From an uncultured Ralstonia sp. (GTDB lineage: Bacteria; Pseudomonadota; Gammaproteobacteria; Burkholderiales; Burkholderiaceae): DNA of 64,000 nt. A program made the translations under genes and the position numbers. Shown piece by piece: positions 19,337 to 29,158 of the stretch. The notes under the pieces are model-generated. The model was not told where the DNA came from and ran no database searches. It saw nothing but the letters and a program-made list of their open reading frames with translations. The stretch covers positions 1,259 through 65,258 of the forward strand of contig CBJMVH010000021.1 of the NCBI GenBank assembly GCA_966433195.1. The letters are read 5' to 3'. Each line of letters begins with the position of its first letter. Position 1 is the stretch's first letter.

Positions 19337-20515
19337 CTAGCACAGTTGGAATCCATCCAGCCAACGCAAGAGCTCCTGACCCGTTCGCTTTCGCGGGTCC
19401 TGGGCGTCAGCTTCGGAGAGGGCCCATGACTTCCAGGCGATGAACCGCTCGTCGGCTTGCTCTTCGGCATTCAGGCGAGCCTCTATCTCCGCGACCAGTG
19501 TCCTGAGCCGATCTGATCGATCCCTTCCATCCAACGCAACGTCCAGCAGATCCTGCCTCTGCTTTCTCAGCGTGGCCTGCGCCGCTGCAACTTCTTGTCG
19601 CTTTCGCTCCTCTGCCGCTTTTGCTTTTTGAACTGCATCCTCTCGGCGCCGGACCAGATCGCTGTATCTCCAGTCGACCCACTCACGAACTCGTCGCTCT
19701 TGCTTGCTCAGAAGCATCAACACCACCGATTTGAAGAGCGGCATATCAAAGTCTGCGAAGGTGTAGACGCCTTCGTTTGCATTGCTATTGCGGCTATCCG
19801 ATTCAAACCGAAGCTGAAAAGGTTCGTTGGTCCCTGTGCTGTCTTTGCGTGATGACCGCTCGTTGTGGCGCGTGAGTCCCACTTCAAAAAATACGGTGTA
19901 TTGCCCGCAGGCTACCCCCAGTCGGATGTCCCGCGTACCGCTGGAACTCGGCTTGAATCCCAGATCGGTCCACCACCAAAGCAACCGGCTCAAGCCCGAT
20001 AGCAGACGGCGCCCCTGTGGGCAGGCGAACTGTGGTTTCCGTTCCCAACTGTAGGTTGGCACAAGCCGTGCGCGCCGTTCGTCCTCGGCAATTAACTTTT
20101 CGACGATAGGATGTGTGCCTCGAGTCGCCTTCGGCAAAGCTACGCGATCAATCAATACCTCATATCGACGCAACGTCTGCTCGGTGCTCTCCCTGAAAGT
20201 AGGCATCGGTGGGATGGGGATGTCCAGCGCATCCGCGTCTACTTTAGGGAGCAGATCGATTATCCCTTCGTGATCTTCCCCGATCCGTTCGGCCACGGTG
20301 TAGGGCAGATCAGGTTTCACATAGCGGCGCTTGGCGTTTGCCCCAGCCGCGAGACTGGCCCAATAGCCCGGCATTGGCGCTGGTACATTGAGCTGTCGGC
20401 ACATCTTGCCGATCATGACGTCGGATACCCCGAGCTCCTTGGCAAGCTGCGTCCGGGGCTTGCTCCAAACGAGATCGTAGAGTTGCTTTCGTCCAATCGT
20501 CAGCGCGTCGCTCAT
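19337..20515 (-). CDS. Hypothetical protein with N-terminal HTH and C-terminal coiled coil
   Basis: RKQLYDLVWSKPRTQLAKELGVSDVMIGKMCRQLNVPAPMPGYW; lower GC than flanks. Confidence 0.75.
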   Translation of the reverse strand: MSDALTIGRKQLYDLVWSKPRTQLAKELGVSDVMIGKMCRQLNVPAPMPGYWASLAAGANAKRRYVKPDLPYTVAERIGEDHEGIIDLLPKVDADALDIPIPPMPTFRESTEQTLRRYEVLIDRVALPKATRGTHPIVEKLIAEDERRARLVPTYSWERKPQFACPQGRRLLSGLSRLLWWWTDLGFKPSSSGTRDIRLGVACGQYTVFFEVGLTRHNERSSRKDSTGTNEPFQLRFESDSRNSNANEGVYTFADFDMPLFKSVVLMLLSKQERRVREWVDWRYSDLVRRREDAVQKAKAAEERKRQEVAAAQATLRKQRQDLLDVALDGRDRSDRLRTLVAEIEARLNAEEQADERFIAWKSWALSEADAQDPRKRTGQELLRWLDGFQLC

Positions 20516-20590
20516 TTGGCCCCATCCTGTATGTCGAGTGTCAACGATAGCAACAGAAGGTGATGCCAGCCAGGACAAACGAAGGGGTAC

Positions 20591-21457
20591 TCAGCCCGGA
20601 GACGCCTCCGGTTCTGTGGCTTCGTCCTCCAACGCAGCATCAAGGATCGGCAGGTTCAACTGCCACGCATGCGCGCCCTCAACCTTCACCAAATAGTCAC
20701 GCCAGGGCGAGGTCTTGGAGAACAGGTTGGCCGGCGATGTGCAACCCGTTCCCTCCATCAATCGTTTGGTGTTCACATGAGGCGTACCGGCAGTCAGTGC
20801 ATCGACAAGTCGCTTAAGCACCGCGATCTTGGCTTTGCCTGTCACGCGCCAAGGCGTCTTGCCGGGAACGCACAACAAAGCAGCGTACCCATCGGACGAA
20901 ATGTTCAGACGAACAGCCGGGCTGTCCAGATCGGCACGTTGGCTCTGACGACGATAAGCAGCTTGGGTCCGTGCGAGGTCTACTGCGGCTTCGGCCCGCT
21001 CGAATGCGACGACGAAGGCGTCATACAGCCGCTTGTTGCCGCGAACATCGGCGGTGTTGAGAATCGACTCCGCAACCTCGAATAAGCGCGTCGTATCGTC
21101 CGAATGCGTACGCATCCAGATAGCACGTCCGAGTTCACTGCCGTCTTGGTTGAGGAAGGCGCGGGTGAGATCCACGTCGTCGACCTGCTCGACCACGCAA
21201 CGCAGGATTTTGGCACCGCGCGGCGACGCGAGGCGCAGCACACGCAGAGCTTCGCGTTCTGCTGCCTCTCGCTCATCGCGGCCCAGGCGAGCGATGCGCT
21301 CTTGCAATGCTGACGCGCCTGGATTGTGTGGCAGCGCCCAGTCGCTGCCTAACACCCGACATTCAGGCAATTCGCAAAATGCAATCAGTGCTGAAATCGG
21401 AGCGCGCTCGATCACCTCAAGCAGGCTCCGCGTATTGATTAGGGCCTTCTTGCCCAT
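20591..21457 (-). CDS. Hypothetical prophage protein, possibly internally deleted
   Basis: 288-aa ORF; possible junction near RLYDAF/VVAFER. Confidence 0.65.
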   Translation of the reverse strand: MGKKALINTRSLLEVIERAPISALIAFCELPECRVLGSDWALPHNPGASALQERIARLGRDEREAAEREALRVLRLASPRGAKILRCVVEQVDDVDLTRAFLNQDGSELGRAIWMRTHSDDTTRLFEVAESILNTADVRGNKRLYDAFVVAFERAEAAVDLARTQAAYRRQSQRADLDSPAVRLNISSDGYAALLCVPGKTPWRVTGKAKIAVLKRLVDALTAGTPHVNTKRLMEGTGCTSPANLFSKTSPWRDYLVKVEGAHAWQLNLPILDAALEDEATEPEASPG

Positions 21458-21792
21458 CGATACAACCCCCTGTTTCTTGTGACGAAATTGCCCTGTTGGG
21501 CATCAACTCGCATTTCGAACGCGAACTGTCCGCTCACTGCGCAAATCCAGGGTCTGGTGCCTTGTCGTTCGGCGCGTGATGAGCAGGCGACGGCGTTCAG
21601 GGGGCGCGATTGTAGGGGATATTTTGTGCAGAATGAAGCGCCCGCAAGGGTTTTGTGGGTAATCGCTGCGACATTAACTTGCCTGGTATTCAATGGCGGG
21701 CGTCGGATTATCGCGGCCTAAAATCCGCTCATGCAGACCCAAAGGCTGTGGCCATGAAATAGCGCCTCTTTTCAACAAGAGGAGTCTCTTCG

Positions 21793-22056
21793 ATGGCCAA
21801 CCTTGCCGCTTCTGTTCAATCGGGCCGCATGGCTCGCCGGCCCGCGCAGCCTGACGCTCCGCGCCTAGCCCTGGACGAATCCGAACTCGCCACCCGCTGG
21901 GGCCTATCGGTCAAAACTCTGCGTCGCTGGCGCCAGGAACAGCTAGGCCCCGTCTTTTGCAAGCTGGGGGCCCGCGTCACCTACCTGATCTCAGAAATCG
22001 AAGCCTTCGAGCGGCGCGTCTCGCGCTACTCGACGTCGGTTCGTGTGTGCCACTGA
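21793..22056 (+). CDS. AlpA/excisionase-like HTH protein
   Basis: ELATRWGLSVKTLRRWRQEQLGPVFCKLGARVTY; RBS GAGGAG. Confidence 0.85.
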   Translation: MANLAASVQSGRMARRPAQPDAPRLALDESELATRWGLSVKTLRRWRQEQLGPVFCKLGARVTYLISEIEAFERRVSRYSTSVRVCH

Positions 22057-22067
22057 GGAGGATGAGC

Positions 22068-22550
22068 ATGACCCATCCGACTCTGCTGCCGGCCGACATC
22101 GCCGGCATGTCCGTGAGCGACCTAGCCAAGCTGTCGCCCGAGCGCAAGCTCGAACTCCACGCCACACTCGACGCGGCTATCGCGTGGCTCAAGAGCGCCC
22201 GCGCCAAGCTCGATGCCGCACTCGACCAGTGCTATGGCGAACAGGCCCGTGCAGCACTGCGCGCGTCCGGCCGCGACTTCGGCACCACTCACATCGTCGA
22301 CGGCACGTTGCGCGTCAAGTTCGAGTGCCCCAAGAAGGTCACGTGGAACCAGAAGCTGCTGACCGAGATCGCCGAGCGTATCGTCGCCGCCGGCGAGCGG
22401 CCCGATGCCTATCTCGACGTGAAGCTGTCGGTGCCCGAGTCGCGCTACAACAACTGGCCGCCCGCGCTGCAGCAACAGTTCGCTGATGCCCGCACGGTAG
22501 AGCCCGCGAAGCCTTCGTTCACCCTGACCCGTGACGAGGTTGTGGCATGA
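22068..22550 (+). CDS. Hypothetical phage protein
   Basis: ORF in the early operon with RBS GAGGAG; KKVTWNQ...KLSVPESRYNNWP. Confidence 0.75.
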   Translation: MTHPTLLPADIAGMSVSDLAKLSPERKLELHATLDAAIAWLKSARAKLDAALDQCYGEQARAALRASGRDFGTTHIVDGTLRVKFECPKKVTWNQKLLTEIAERIVAAGERPDAYLDVKLSVPESRYNNWPPALQQQFADARTVEPAKPSFTLTRDEVVA

Positions 22551-23392
22551 GTGGGCTTCCGATTGTCTCCGCGCAGCAGCGCATGGCCGAGCGCCGTGGC
22601 GTGAAACTGCTGCTGCTTGGCAAGTCCGGCATCGGCAAGACCACGCGCCTGAAGGATCTCGATCCCGCCACCACGCTGTTCATCGACGTCGAGGCGGGCG
22701 ATCTGTCCGTGACCGACTGGCCGGGCGACACCATTCGCCCCGCGTCATGGCCGGAGACTCGCGACTTCTTTGCTTTCCTTGCCGGTCCCGATCAGTCGCT
22801 GCCGCCGCAGAGCGCGTTCTCGCAGGCGCACTACGACCACGTGGTCGAGAAGTACGGCGATCCCGCGCAGCTTGAGCGCTACCAGACCTTCTTCGTCGAT
22901 TCGATCACGCAGCTCTCGCGCCAGTGCTTTGCATGGTGCAAGACGCAGCCAGCGGCCACCAGCGACCGCTCGGGCAAGCCAGACGTGCGCGCCGCCTACG
23001 GGTTGCTCGGCCAGGAGATGGTCGGTGCACTCACGCATCTGCAGCACGCCCGAGGCAAGAACGTGGTCTTCGTGGCGATCCTCGACGAGCGTCTGGACGA
23101 CTACAACCGCAAGGTGTTCGTGCCGCAGATCGAGGGCAGCAAGACTGGCCTGGAACTGCCGGGCATCGTCGACGAGGTCGTGACGCTGGCCGAGATCAAG
23201 GCCGAGGACGGCAGCAGCTACCGCGCCTTCGTCACCCACACCGTTAATCCCTTCGGTTTCCCCGCCAAGGACCGCAGCGGCCGGCTCGACATGCAGGAGC
23301 CGCCGCACCTGGGCGCACTGATCGCCAAGTGCGCGGGCACCGCACTCACCGCGCCGCAACACACCACCGAATTCATGGAGCAGCCGCAATGA
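22547..23392 (+). CDS. Phage AAA-family ATPase (AAA_24/Sak4-like)
   Basis: Walker A GKSGIGKT; Walker B FFVDSIT; AKDRSGRL. Confidence 0.85.
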   Translation: MSGLPIVSAQQRMAERRGVKLLLLGKSGIGKTTRLKDLDPATTLFIDVEAGDLSVTDWPGDTIRPASWPETRDFFAFLAGPDQSLPPQSAFSQAHYDHVVEKYGDPAQLERYQTFFVDSITQLSRQCFAWCKTQPAATSDRSGKPDVRAAYGLLGQEMVGALTHLQHARGKNVVFVAILDERLDDYNRKVFVPQIEGSKTGLELPGIVDEVVTLAEIKAEDGSSYRAFVTHTVNPFGFPAKDRSGRLDMQEPPHLGALIAKCAGTALTAPQHTTEFMEQPQ

Positions 23393-24018
23393 CCACCCAC
23401 GCATGGCAAGACTTCAACGACGCCGAGCAGCAGCAAGGCTTCGACCTGATCCCCAAGGGCACGCTGGTGCCGGTACGCATGACAATCAAGCCGGGCGGCT
23501 ATGACGATCCGTCGCAGGGCTGGGTGGGTGGGTATGCGAGCGAGTCGTTCGAGACCGGCTCCGTCTATCTAGCTGCCGAGTTCGTCGTGACCGGTGGCGA
23601 GCACGCCAAGCGCAAGTTGTGGAGCAACGTCGGCCTGCACTCGCCCAAGGGGCCGACTTGGGGGCAGATGGGGCGCAGCTTCATCCGGGCGGCGCTGAAC
23701 AGCGCGCGCAACATCCACCCACAGGACACCTCGCCGCAGGCGGCCGCCGCACGCCGCATCGAGGGCTTCCACGAACTCGATGGGCTGGAGTTCATTGCCC
23801 GCGTCGATATCGAGCGCGACGCCAAGGGCGAAGAGCGCAACGTGATCCGGCTCGCCATCGAGCCCGACCACCCGGAATATGCCCGGCTCAAGGGTGTACC
23901 GCCCATGGGCAATCCGAGCGGCGGCACGTCCAACGCACGCGCACAAGCGGTGCCGTCCCGGCCCGCACCCGCCGCGCAACGCCCGGCCGTGACGGCCAAG
24001 CCCGTCTGGGCCCAGTGA
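23389..24018 (+). CDS. Phage ssDNA-binding/DUF669-like protein
   Basis: DFNDAEQQQGFDLIPKG start after the AAA ATPase; low-complexity C-terminus. Confidence 0.65.
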   Translation: MTTHAWQDFNDAEQQQGFDLIPKGTLVPVRMTIKPGGYDDPSQGWVGGYASESFETGSVYLAAEFVVTGGEHAKRKLWSNVGLHSPKGPTWGQMGRSFIRAALNSARNIHPQDTSPQAAAARRIEGFHELDGLEFIARVDIERDAKGEERNVIRLAIEPDHPEYARLKGVPPMGNPSGGTSNARAQAVPSRPAPAAQRPAVTAKPVWAQ

Positions 24019-24025
24019 GGGAGGA

Positions 24026-24517
24026 ATGAAATGCTGGGTCTGCAAGCGACAGGCCCGGGGATTCATGCACGCCGACACCCGTCACGGGGTCGGCGACCCC
24101 CGGCGCTTTGTTTCGGATTGGGTGTTCTGCTCGCGCCGCTGCCAGGACGCGTTTCACGCGCTGTACGGCAACTGGTGCCGGGCGAAGGAGGGAATGGTCA
24201 CGCACAGGGAGGGCAGCATGCTTGACGCATCCGACATGGAGCGGGCGGCCATGCGTTCGTGCCTGCGGGCGTTCGGCCAGGTGGCGGACGAGATCGGCTT
24301 TACCAAGCCGCTGGCGGCCTACACCGAAGCCGAGGCGCTGCGCGTGATCGATGCCATCGTCACGCGCTACACCGAGGCGATGGTCGAGCACCACGAGAAC
24401 ACCCGCATGCCGCCGGTGCGCGGAGGATCGGCGGCCAATGCACCGGCCACCGACCCATTCGCCGAACTGGAAGCGTTGCCGTGGGAAATCGAGGACCACG
24501 CAGAAGGACGGCACTGA
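24026..24517 (+). CDS. Cys-containing phage protein (DUF6511-like)
   Basis: CWVC...FCSRRC zinc-like motif. Confidence 0.65.
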   Translation: MKCWVCKRQARGFMHADTRHGVGDPRRFVSDWVFCSRRCQDAFHALYGNWCRAKEGMVTHREGSMLDASDMERAAMRSCLRAFGQVADEIGFTKPLAAYTEAEALRVIDAIVTRYTEAMVEHHENTRMPPVRGGSAANAPATDPFAELEALPWEIEDHAEGRH

Positions 24518-25065
24518 TGCAGAGGGATGCAATCGATCAACCGGAGTTGCACCGGGTGATACGGCGTCGCACTCGCGTGCCCTTGTCCGTCCGGCTGTGG
24601 AGCCGGGTCGATATGAGCGCGGGTCCGGATGGCTGCTGGCGATGGTTGGGTGGCGTCAATGCCAAAGGCTATGGGCAAATTCGGCTCGAGCCCGTCGGGA
24701 ATGCGACGCGTGGCGAGAAAGCCTTGACCCATCGTGTGGCCTGGGAACTCACGAGTGGCCCCATCCCGCACGGTCTGCATGTTTGCCATCGGTGCGACAA
24801 CCCGTACTGCGTGAATCCTTCGCATTTATGGCTCGGCACCCACGCCGAGAACTTGGCCGATATGAGGGTCAAGGGGCGCGCCGCGCGCGGAAACCGTAGC
24901 GGCACCGCTCGCCTGGAAAGTAGGCAGGTGCAAATCATCAAGCGGCTCCTCTATCTCGGCTACTGCAGCGCGCTAGAGGTCTCCATCTTGTTGGGCGTGA
25001 GCCCCGCCACGATTAACGCCATCAGGAATCAGAAAACATGGGAGCACGTTGATGCTCGACTTTAA
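24517..25065 (+). CDS. Free-standing HNH homing endonuclease
   Basis: CWRWLG...GYG...HRVAWEL...[24 protein letters not shown] plus C-terminal HTH-like segment. Confidence 0.9.
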   Translation: MQRDAIDQPELHRVIRRRTRVPLSVRLWSRVDMSAGPDGCWRWLGGVNAKGYGQIRLEPVGNATRGEKALTHRVAWELTSGPIPHGLHVCHRCDNPYCVNPSHLWLGTHAENLADMRVKGRAARGNRSGTARLESRQVQIIKRLLYLGYCSALEVSILLGVSPATINAIRNQKTWEHVDARL

Positions 25066-25810
25066 CCATAGACCGCAATTTCACGAGCAGGTGACCCACT
25101 GCATCGATTTGGCTCTGGATGCGGAACGCCGACAACAGACCCCGCGCGACTACCTCGGTGCCTCGCGCCTGGGCGTGGTCTGTGAGCGTGCACTGCAATA
25201 CGAGTATGCCGGCGCACCGACGGACCTCGGCAGAGGGTTTTCAGGTCGAGTTCTGCGCGTATTCGAGGTAGGGCATGTGCTTGAGGATCTGGCCATCCGC
25301 TGGCTTCGCTTGGCGGGATTCGAGTTGCACACGCGCACAGCGAGTGGTGCGCAGTTTGGTTTCTCGGCCGCCGGTGGGCGCATTCGTGGACATGTCGATG
25401 GAGTCTTTACCGGCGGGCCCGCTGCGCTGGCGCTCACCTATCCCATGCTCTTCGAGTGCAAGACGATGGCCGATAAACATTGGAGGGCTTGCGTCAAGTC
25501 TGGCGTGGCCGTAGCCAAGCCTGTCTATGCCGCGCAGATGGCGGTCTACCAGGCCTACATGGAAGCCACCATTGATGGCATCAGTTCGAATCCGGCGCTG
25601 TTTGTGGCCATCAACAAGGACTCGCAGGAGCTGTGGTTTGAACTGGTGCCGTTCGATGCGGCCCTGGCCCAGCGCATGTCCGACCGTGCGGTGAAGGTGA
25701 TCTGCGCGACTGATGCGGGCGAGTTGCTGCCGCGCTCGTTCAACGATCCCACCCACTTCGAGTGCCGGATGTGCGCCTGGCAGGACCGCTGCTGGAGGGC
25801 GCAGGCATGA
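25049..25810 (+). CDS. PD-(D/E)XK exonuclease (Cas4/RecB-like)
   Basis: [21 protein letters not shown]-terminal CRMC. Confidence 0.82.
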   Translation: MMLDFNHRPQFHEQVTHCIDLALDAERRQQTPRDYLGASRLGVVCERALQYEYAGAPTDLGRGFSGRVLRVFEVGHVLEDLAIRWLRLAGFELHTRTASGAQFGFSAAGGRIRGHVDGVFTGGPAALALTYPMLFECKTMADKHWRACVKSGVAVAKPVYAAQMAVYQAYMEATIDGISSNPALFVAINKDSQELWFELVPFDAALAQRMSDRAVKVICATDAGELLPRSFNDPTHFECRMCAWQDRCWRAQA

Positions 25811-26067
25811 ACCACCCAAATCAGACACGCCTCGCTGATGCGTGCGAGCCGATGATCGACGCCAAGCAGGCGGCGGCGGCGCTGCGGCTGCCGTACTACT
25901 GGTTCGCCGATCACAACATGCGGGCGCGCTACCGGATCCCGCACTACCTGTTGGGTGGACTCGTGCGCTATCGCCTGTCCGAACTGGCGGCCTGGGTGTC
26001 GACCGCAGCGGTGCGTCGGCGCGAAGCGGATGCCGGCACTGGTGTGCCGGGGGAGGGCACCGCATGA
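25807..26067 (+). CDS. Small HTH DNA-binding protein
   Basis: IDAKQAAAAL...IPHY...VRYRLSEL excisionase-like motif. Confidence 0.7.
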   Translation: MNHPNQTRLADACEPMIDAKQAAAALRLPYYWFADHNMRARYRIPHYLLGGLVRYRLSELAAWVSTAAVRRREADAGTGVPGEGTA

Positions 26068-28352
26068 TCGACTTCAACGAGATCCCACTTGTCACCGGCC
26101 AATTGGATACCCAACGTGACGAGGTTCGCGCGGCCTTGCTCGCCCGGCTGGAGTCCGTACTGGAAGCGCTGTTCCCAGCCGGCAAGAAGCGTCGTGGCAA
26201 GTTCGTGATCGGCGACATCCTCGGCAGTCCAGGCGACAGCCTGGAGGTGGTGCTCGATGGTGACAAGGCGGGCTTGTGGACCGATCGTGCCACCGGCGAC
26301 GGCGGTGACGTCTTCGATCTCATCGCCGCCCAGGCGGGCTTGCGCGTGTCGATGGACTTTGCGCGGGTGCTCGAACGTGCCTCGGCGTTGCTCGGGCAAA
26401 CCAGTGCACGCCCGGTGCGCCGCACACGGAAGGAACCGCCGACGGACGATCTCGGCCCCGCCACGGCCAAGTGGGACTACCTGGATGCGACCGGCAAACT
26501 GATCGGGGTGGTCTACCGCTACGACCCGCCCGGGCGCGGCAAGGAGTTCCGGCCGTGGGACGCGAAACGTCGCAAGATGGCGCCGCCCGAACCGCGCCCC
26601 CTGTACAACCAGCCGGGGCTGCTCACCGCCACGCAGGTCGTGCTGGTCGAGGGCGAGAAATGCGCCCAAGCCCTGATCGAGGCCGGCATTGTCGCCACCA
26701 CAGCGATGCACGGCGCGAACGCACCGGTCGACAAGACCGACTGGTCGCCACTCGCGGGCAAGGCCGTGCTGATCTGGCCCGACCGTGACAAACCGGGCTG
26801 GGAGTACGCGGACCGGGCATCGCAGGCCATCCTGCAGGCGGGCGCCGTGTCGGTGGCCATTCTCGTGCCGCCCGAAGACCGGCCGCAGGGTTGGGACGCG
26901 GCCGACGCCATCGATGAGGACTTCGACGTGCGCGGCTACCTGGCGGCCGGCGCACGCGTGCCTGTGGCACTGGTGGCAGACGCCTCCCTGCCGGCGGATG
27001 TGCTGGACGACGTGGACTGGGAGACCGAGGACGGCCTGGCCACCGCCTTCACGCGCCGCTATGGCGAGGACTGGCGTTACTGTGCCCTGTGGGGCAAGTG
27101 GCTGGTCTGGACCGGCGTGCGGTGGAATCCCGATCAGTTGCTGTACGTCTCGCACTTGGCGCGCGGCATCTGCCGGGTGGCCTCCGAAAAAGCAGAGACG
27201 GCACGTCAGAAGGCGAAGCTGGCGAGTTCGGCCACCATCGCGTCGGTCGAGAAGATCGCCCGTTCAGACCCCAAGCACGCGGCCACCGCCGATGAGTGGG
27301 ATGCCGACGTGTGGGCGCTCAACACGCCGGGCGGGGTGGTCGACCTGCGCACCGGACACCTGCGCGCCCATCGGCGCGAGGACCGGATGACGAAGGTGAC
27401 GACCGCAACCCCGGTCGGCCGCGCGGGCGTCGGCTGCCCGGCGTGGCTGGCGTTCGTCTCCGACATCACTGGCGGCAGCACGGACCTGGCGGCCTACCTG
27501 CAGCGGGTGGTCGGCTATTGCCTCACGGGCGTGACCAGCGAGCACGCGCTGTTCTTCCTGTACGGCACGGGCGCCAACGGCAAGTCGGTCTTCGTTAACG
27601 TGCTCGCCACGATCCTCGGCGACTACGCGGCCAACGCGCCGATGGACACCTTCATGGAGGCACGCGGCGATCGCCACCCGACCGAACTCGCGGGCCTGCG
27701 CGGCGCTCGCCTGGTGTCGTCCATCGAGACCGAGCAGGGCCGGCGCTGGAACGAATCGAAGGTCAAGGCCATCACCGGTGGCGACAAGGTGTCCGCGCGC
27801 TTCATGCGCCAGGATTTCTTCGACTACGTGCCGCAGTTCAAGCTGCTCATCGCCGGCAATCACAAGCCGGCGATCCGCAACGTGGACGAGGCGATGAAGC
27901 GACGCCTGCACCTGATCCCGTTCACGGTGACCGTGCCGCCCGAGCGCCGTGACGGCCGGCTCACCGAGAAGCTGCTCAGGGAGCGCGACGGCATCCTGGC
28001 CTGGGCCATCGAGGGGTGTCTCGCCTGGCAGCGCCAGCGCCTGGACCCGCCCGACTGCGTGCGTTCGGCCACGGAGGAGTATTTCGACGAGGAGGACGCA
28101 ATCGGCGACTTCCTCGACGAGGAGGCGCAGTGCCATCCACAGGCGCGCGTGGCCGTGGCCGACGTGTTCCTGCGCTGGCAGGAGTGGGCCGGCCGGCGCG
28201 GCGAGTACGTGGGCACCAGCCGCTGGCTCGCGCAGCAGCTCGCCAACCGCGGATTCGAGCGTACGCGGCTCAACTACGGCGTCAAGGGACTCGCTGGCCT
28301 CTCGCTCAAGGCAAAGGACTACGGCGGCCGCCTGCCGTATCGGGACGACTGA
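26064..28352 (+). CDS. Phage primase-helicase (Toprim + D5/P4-type SF3 helicase)
   Basis: VLVEGEK...IWPDRD Toprim motifs; Walker A GTGANGKS; AGNHKP. Confidence 0.92.
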   Translation: MIDFNEIPLVTGQLDTQRDEVRAALLARLESVLEALFPAGKKRRGKFVIGDILGSPGDSLEVVLDGDKAGLWTDRATGDGGDVFDLIAAQAGLRVSMDFARVLERASALLGQTSARPVRRTRKEPPTDDLGPATAKWDYLDATGKLIGVVYRYDPPGRGKEFRPWDAKRRKMAPPEPRPLYNQPGLLTATQVVLVEGEKCAQALIEAGIVATTAMHGANAPVDKTDWSPLAGKAVLIWPDRDKPGWEYADRASQAILQAGAVSVAILVPPEDRPQGWDAADAIDEDFDVRGYLAAGARVPVALVADASLPADVLDDVDWETEDGLATAFTRRYGEDWRYCALWGKWLVWTGVRWNPDQLLYVSHLARGICRVASEKAETARQKAKLASSATIASVEKIARSDPKHAATADEWDADVWALNTPGGVVDLRTGHLRAHRREDRMTKVTTATPVGRAGVGCPAWLAFVSDITGGSTDLAAYLQRVVGYCLTGVTSEHALFFLYGTGANGKSVFVNVLATILGDYAANAPMDTFMEARGDRHPTELAGLRGARLVSSIETEQGRRWNESKVKAITGGDKVSARFMRQDFFDYVPQFKLLIAGNHKPAIRNVDEAMKRRLHLIPFTVTVPPERRDGRLTEKLLRERDGILAWAIEGCLAWQRQRLDPPDCVRSATEEYFDEEDAIGDFLDEEAQCHPQARVAVADVFLRWQEWAGRRGEYVGTSRWLAQQLANRGFERTRLNYGVKGLAGLSLKAKDYGGRLPYRDD

Positions 28353-28361
28353 ACACACCGG

Positions 28362-28455
28362 TGTGACCGAACGTGACCGTCATGAGGATTGTTCTCTTTA
28401 CGTGCGTGCGCGCACGCGTAGAAGTTAATCCGGACGTGGGTCACGTTCGGTCACA
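28362..28455. repeat. Perfect 17-bp inverted repeat after the primase (putative replication origin)
   Basis: tgtgaccgaacgtgacc (28362-28378) and ggtcacgttcggtcaca (28439-28455), 60-bp spacer. Confidence 0.8.
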
Positions 28456-28482
28456 ACGACCGGACATGACGATTTCCAACAG

Positions 28483-28947
28483 ATGAACACGACGATTCTG
28501 GCCCTCGACCTGGGCACCAAGACCGGCTGGGCATTGCAATACCTGGACGGCAGCATTACCAGCGGCACGCAGGATTTCAAGCCACAACGCTTCGAAGGCG
28601 GCGGCATGCGCTACCTGCGCTTCAACCGTTGGCTCACCGAACTGTGGCAGTCCACCATCCACATCAACGTGGTGTATTTCGAGGAGGTGCGCCGGCATGC
28701 GGGCGTGGACGCCGCGCACGTGTACGGCGGCCTGCTCGGACACCTCACCGCCTGGTGCGAGCACCACAACATCCCGTACATCGGGGTGCCGGTCGGCACG
28801 ATCAAGAAGCACGCCACCGGCCGTGGCAACGCCAGCAAGGATGACATCATCGCGTCCGTCAGCAGGCGTGGCCATGCACCCTCCGACGACAACGAAGCCG
28901 ATGCCCTGGCGATCCTGTACTGGGCGGCCGAGACGCAAGGAGTGTGA
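28483..28947 (+). CDS. RuvC-like Holliday junction resolvase (phage type)
   Basis: ILALDLGTKTGWA, FEEV, DDNEADALA. Confidence 0.85.
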   Translation: MNTTILALDLGTKTGWALQYLDGSITSGTQDFKPQRFEGGGMRYLRFNRWLTELWQSTIHINVVYFEEVRRHAGVDAAHVYGGLLGHLTAWCEHHNIPYIGVPVGTIKKHATGRGNASKDDIIASVSRRGHAPSDDNEADALAILYWAAETQGV

Positions 28948-28948
28948 G

Positions 28949-29158
28949 ATGAAGATTCCCACACCGACCTACCGTTCCGCACTGGCCCGCACGCAGCCCG
29001 AGGTCACCGACCTCGAAACGTTCAAGCAGCAGGGCTGGCGCGAGCAGCGCATCCTCGTGGTCGCCGAATCGGACGTGCGCCTGGACTTCCTCGAACGCGA
29101 ATTCGTGCGCCGCATTGGCGAGCGGCTGTATGGCGCAGGAGGCAAGCACCGTGGCTGA
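28949..29158 (+). CDS. Small hypothetical phage protein
   Basis: ORF coupled to neighbours; KQQGWREQRILVV. Confidence 0.65.
   Translation: MKIPTPTYRSALARTQPEVTDLETFKQQGWREQRILVVAESDVRLDFLEREFVRRIGERLYGAGGKHRG

Noticed and set aside
19965-19975. 11-bp match (tcggtccacca) to the tRNA-Ala 3' end, a possible attR
   Set aside because: Short enough to occur by chance, lies inside an intact ORF, and phage genes continue well beyond it.
21439-21693. 84-aa minus-strand ORF in the divergent early control region
   Set aside because: No recognisable motif or clear RBS; it cannot be supported as a gene without a homology search.
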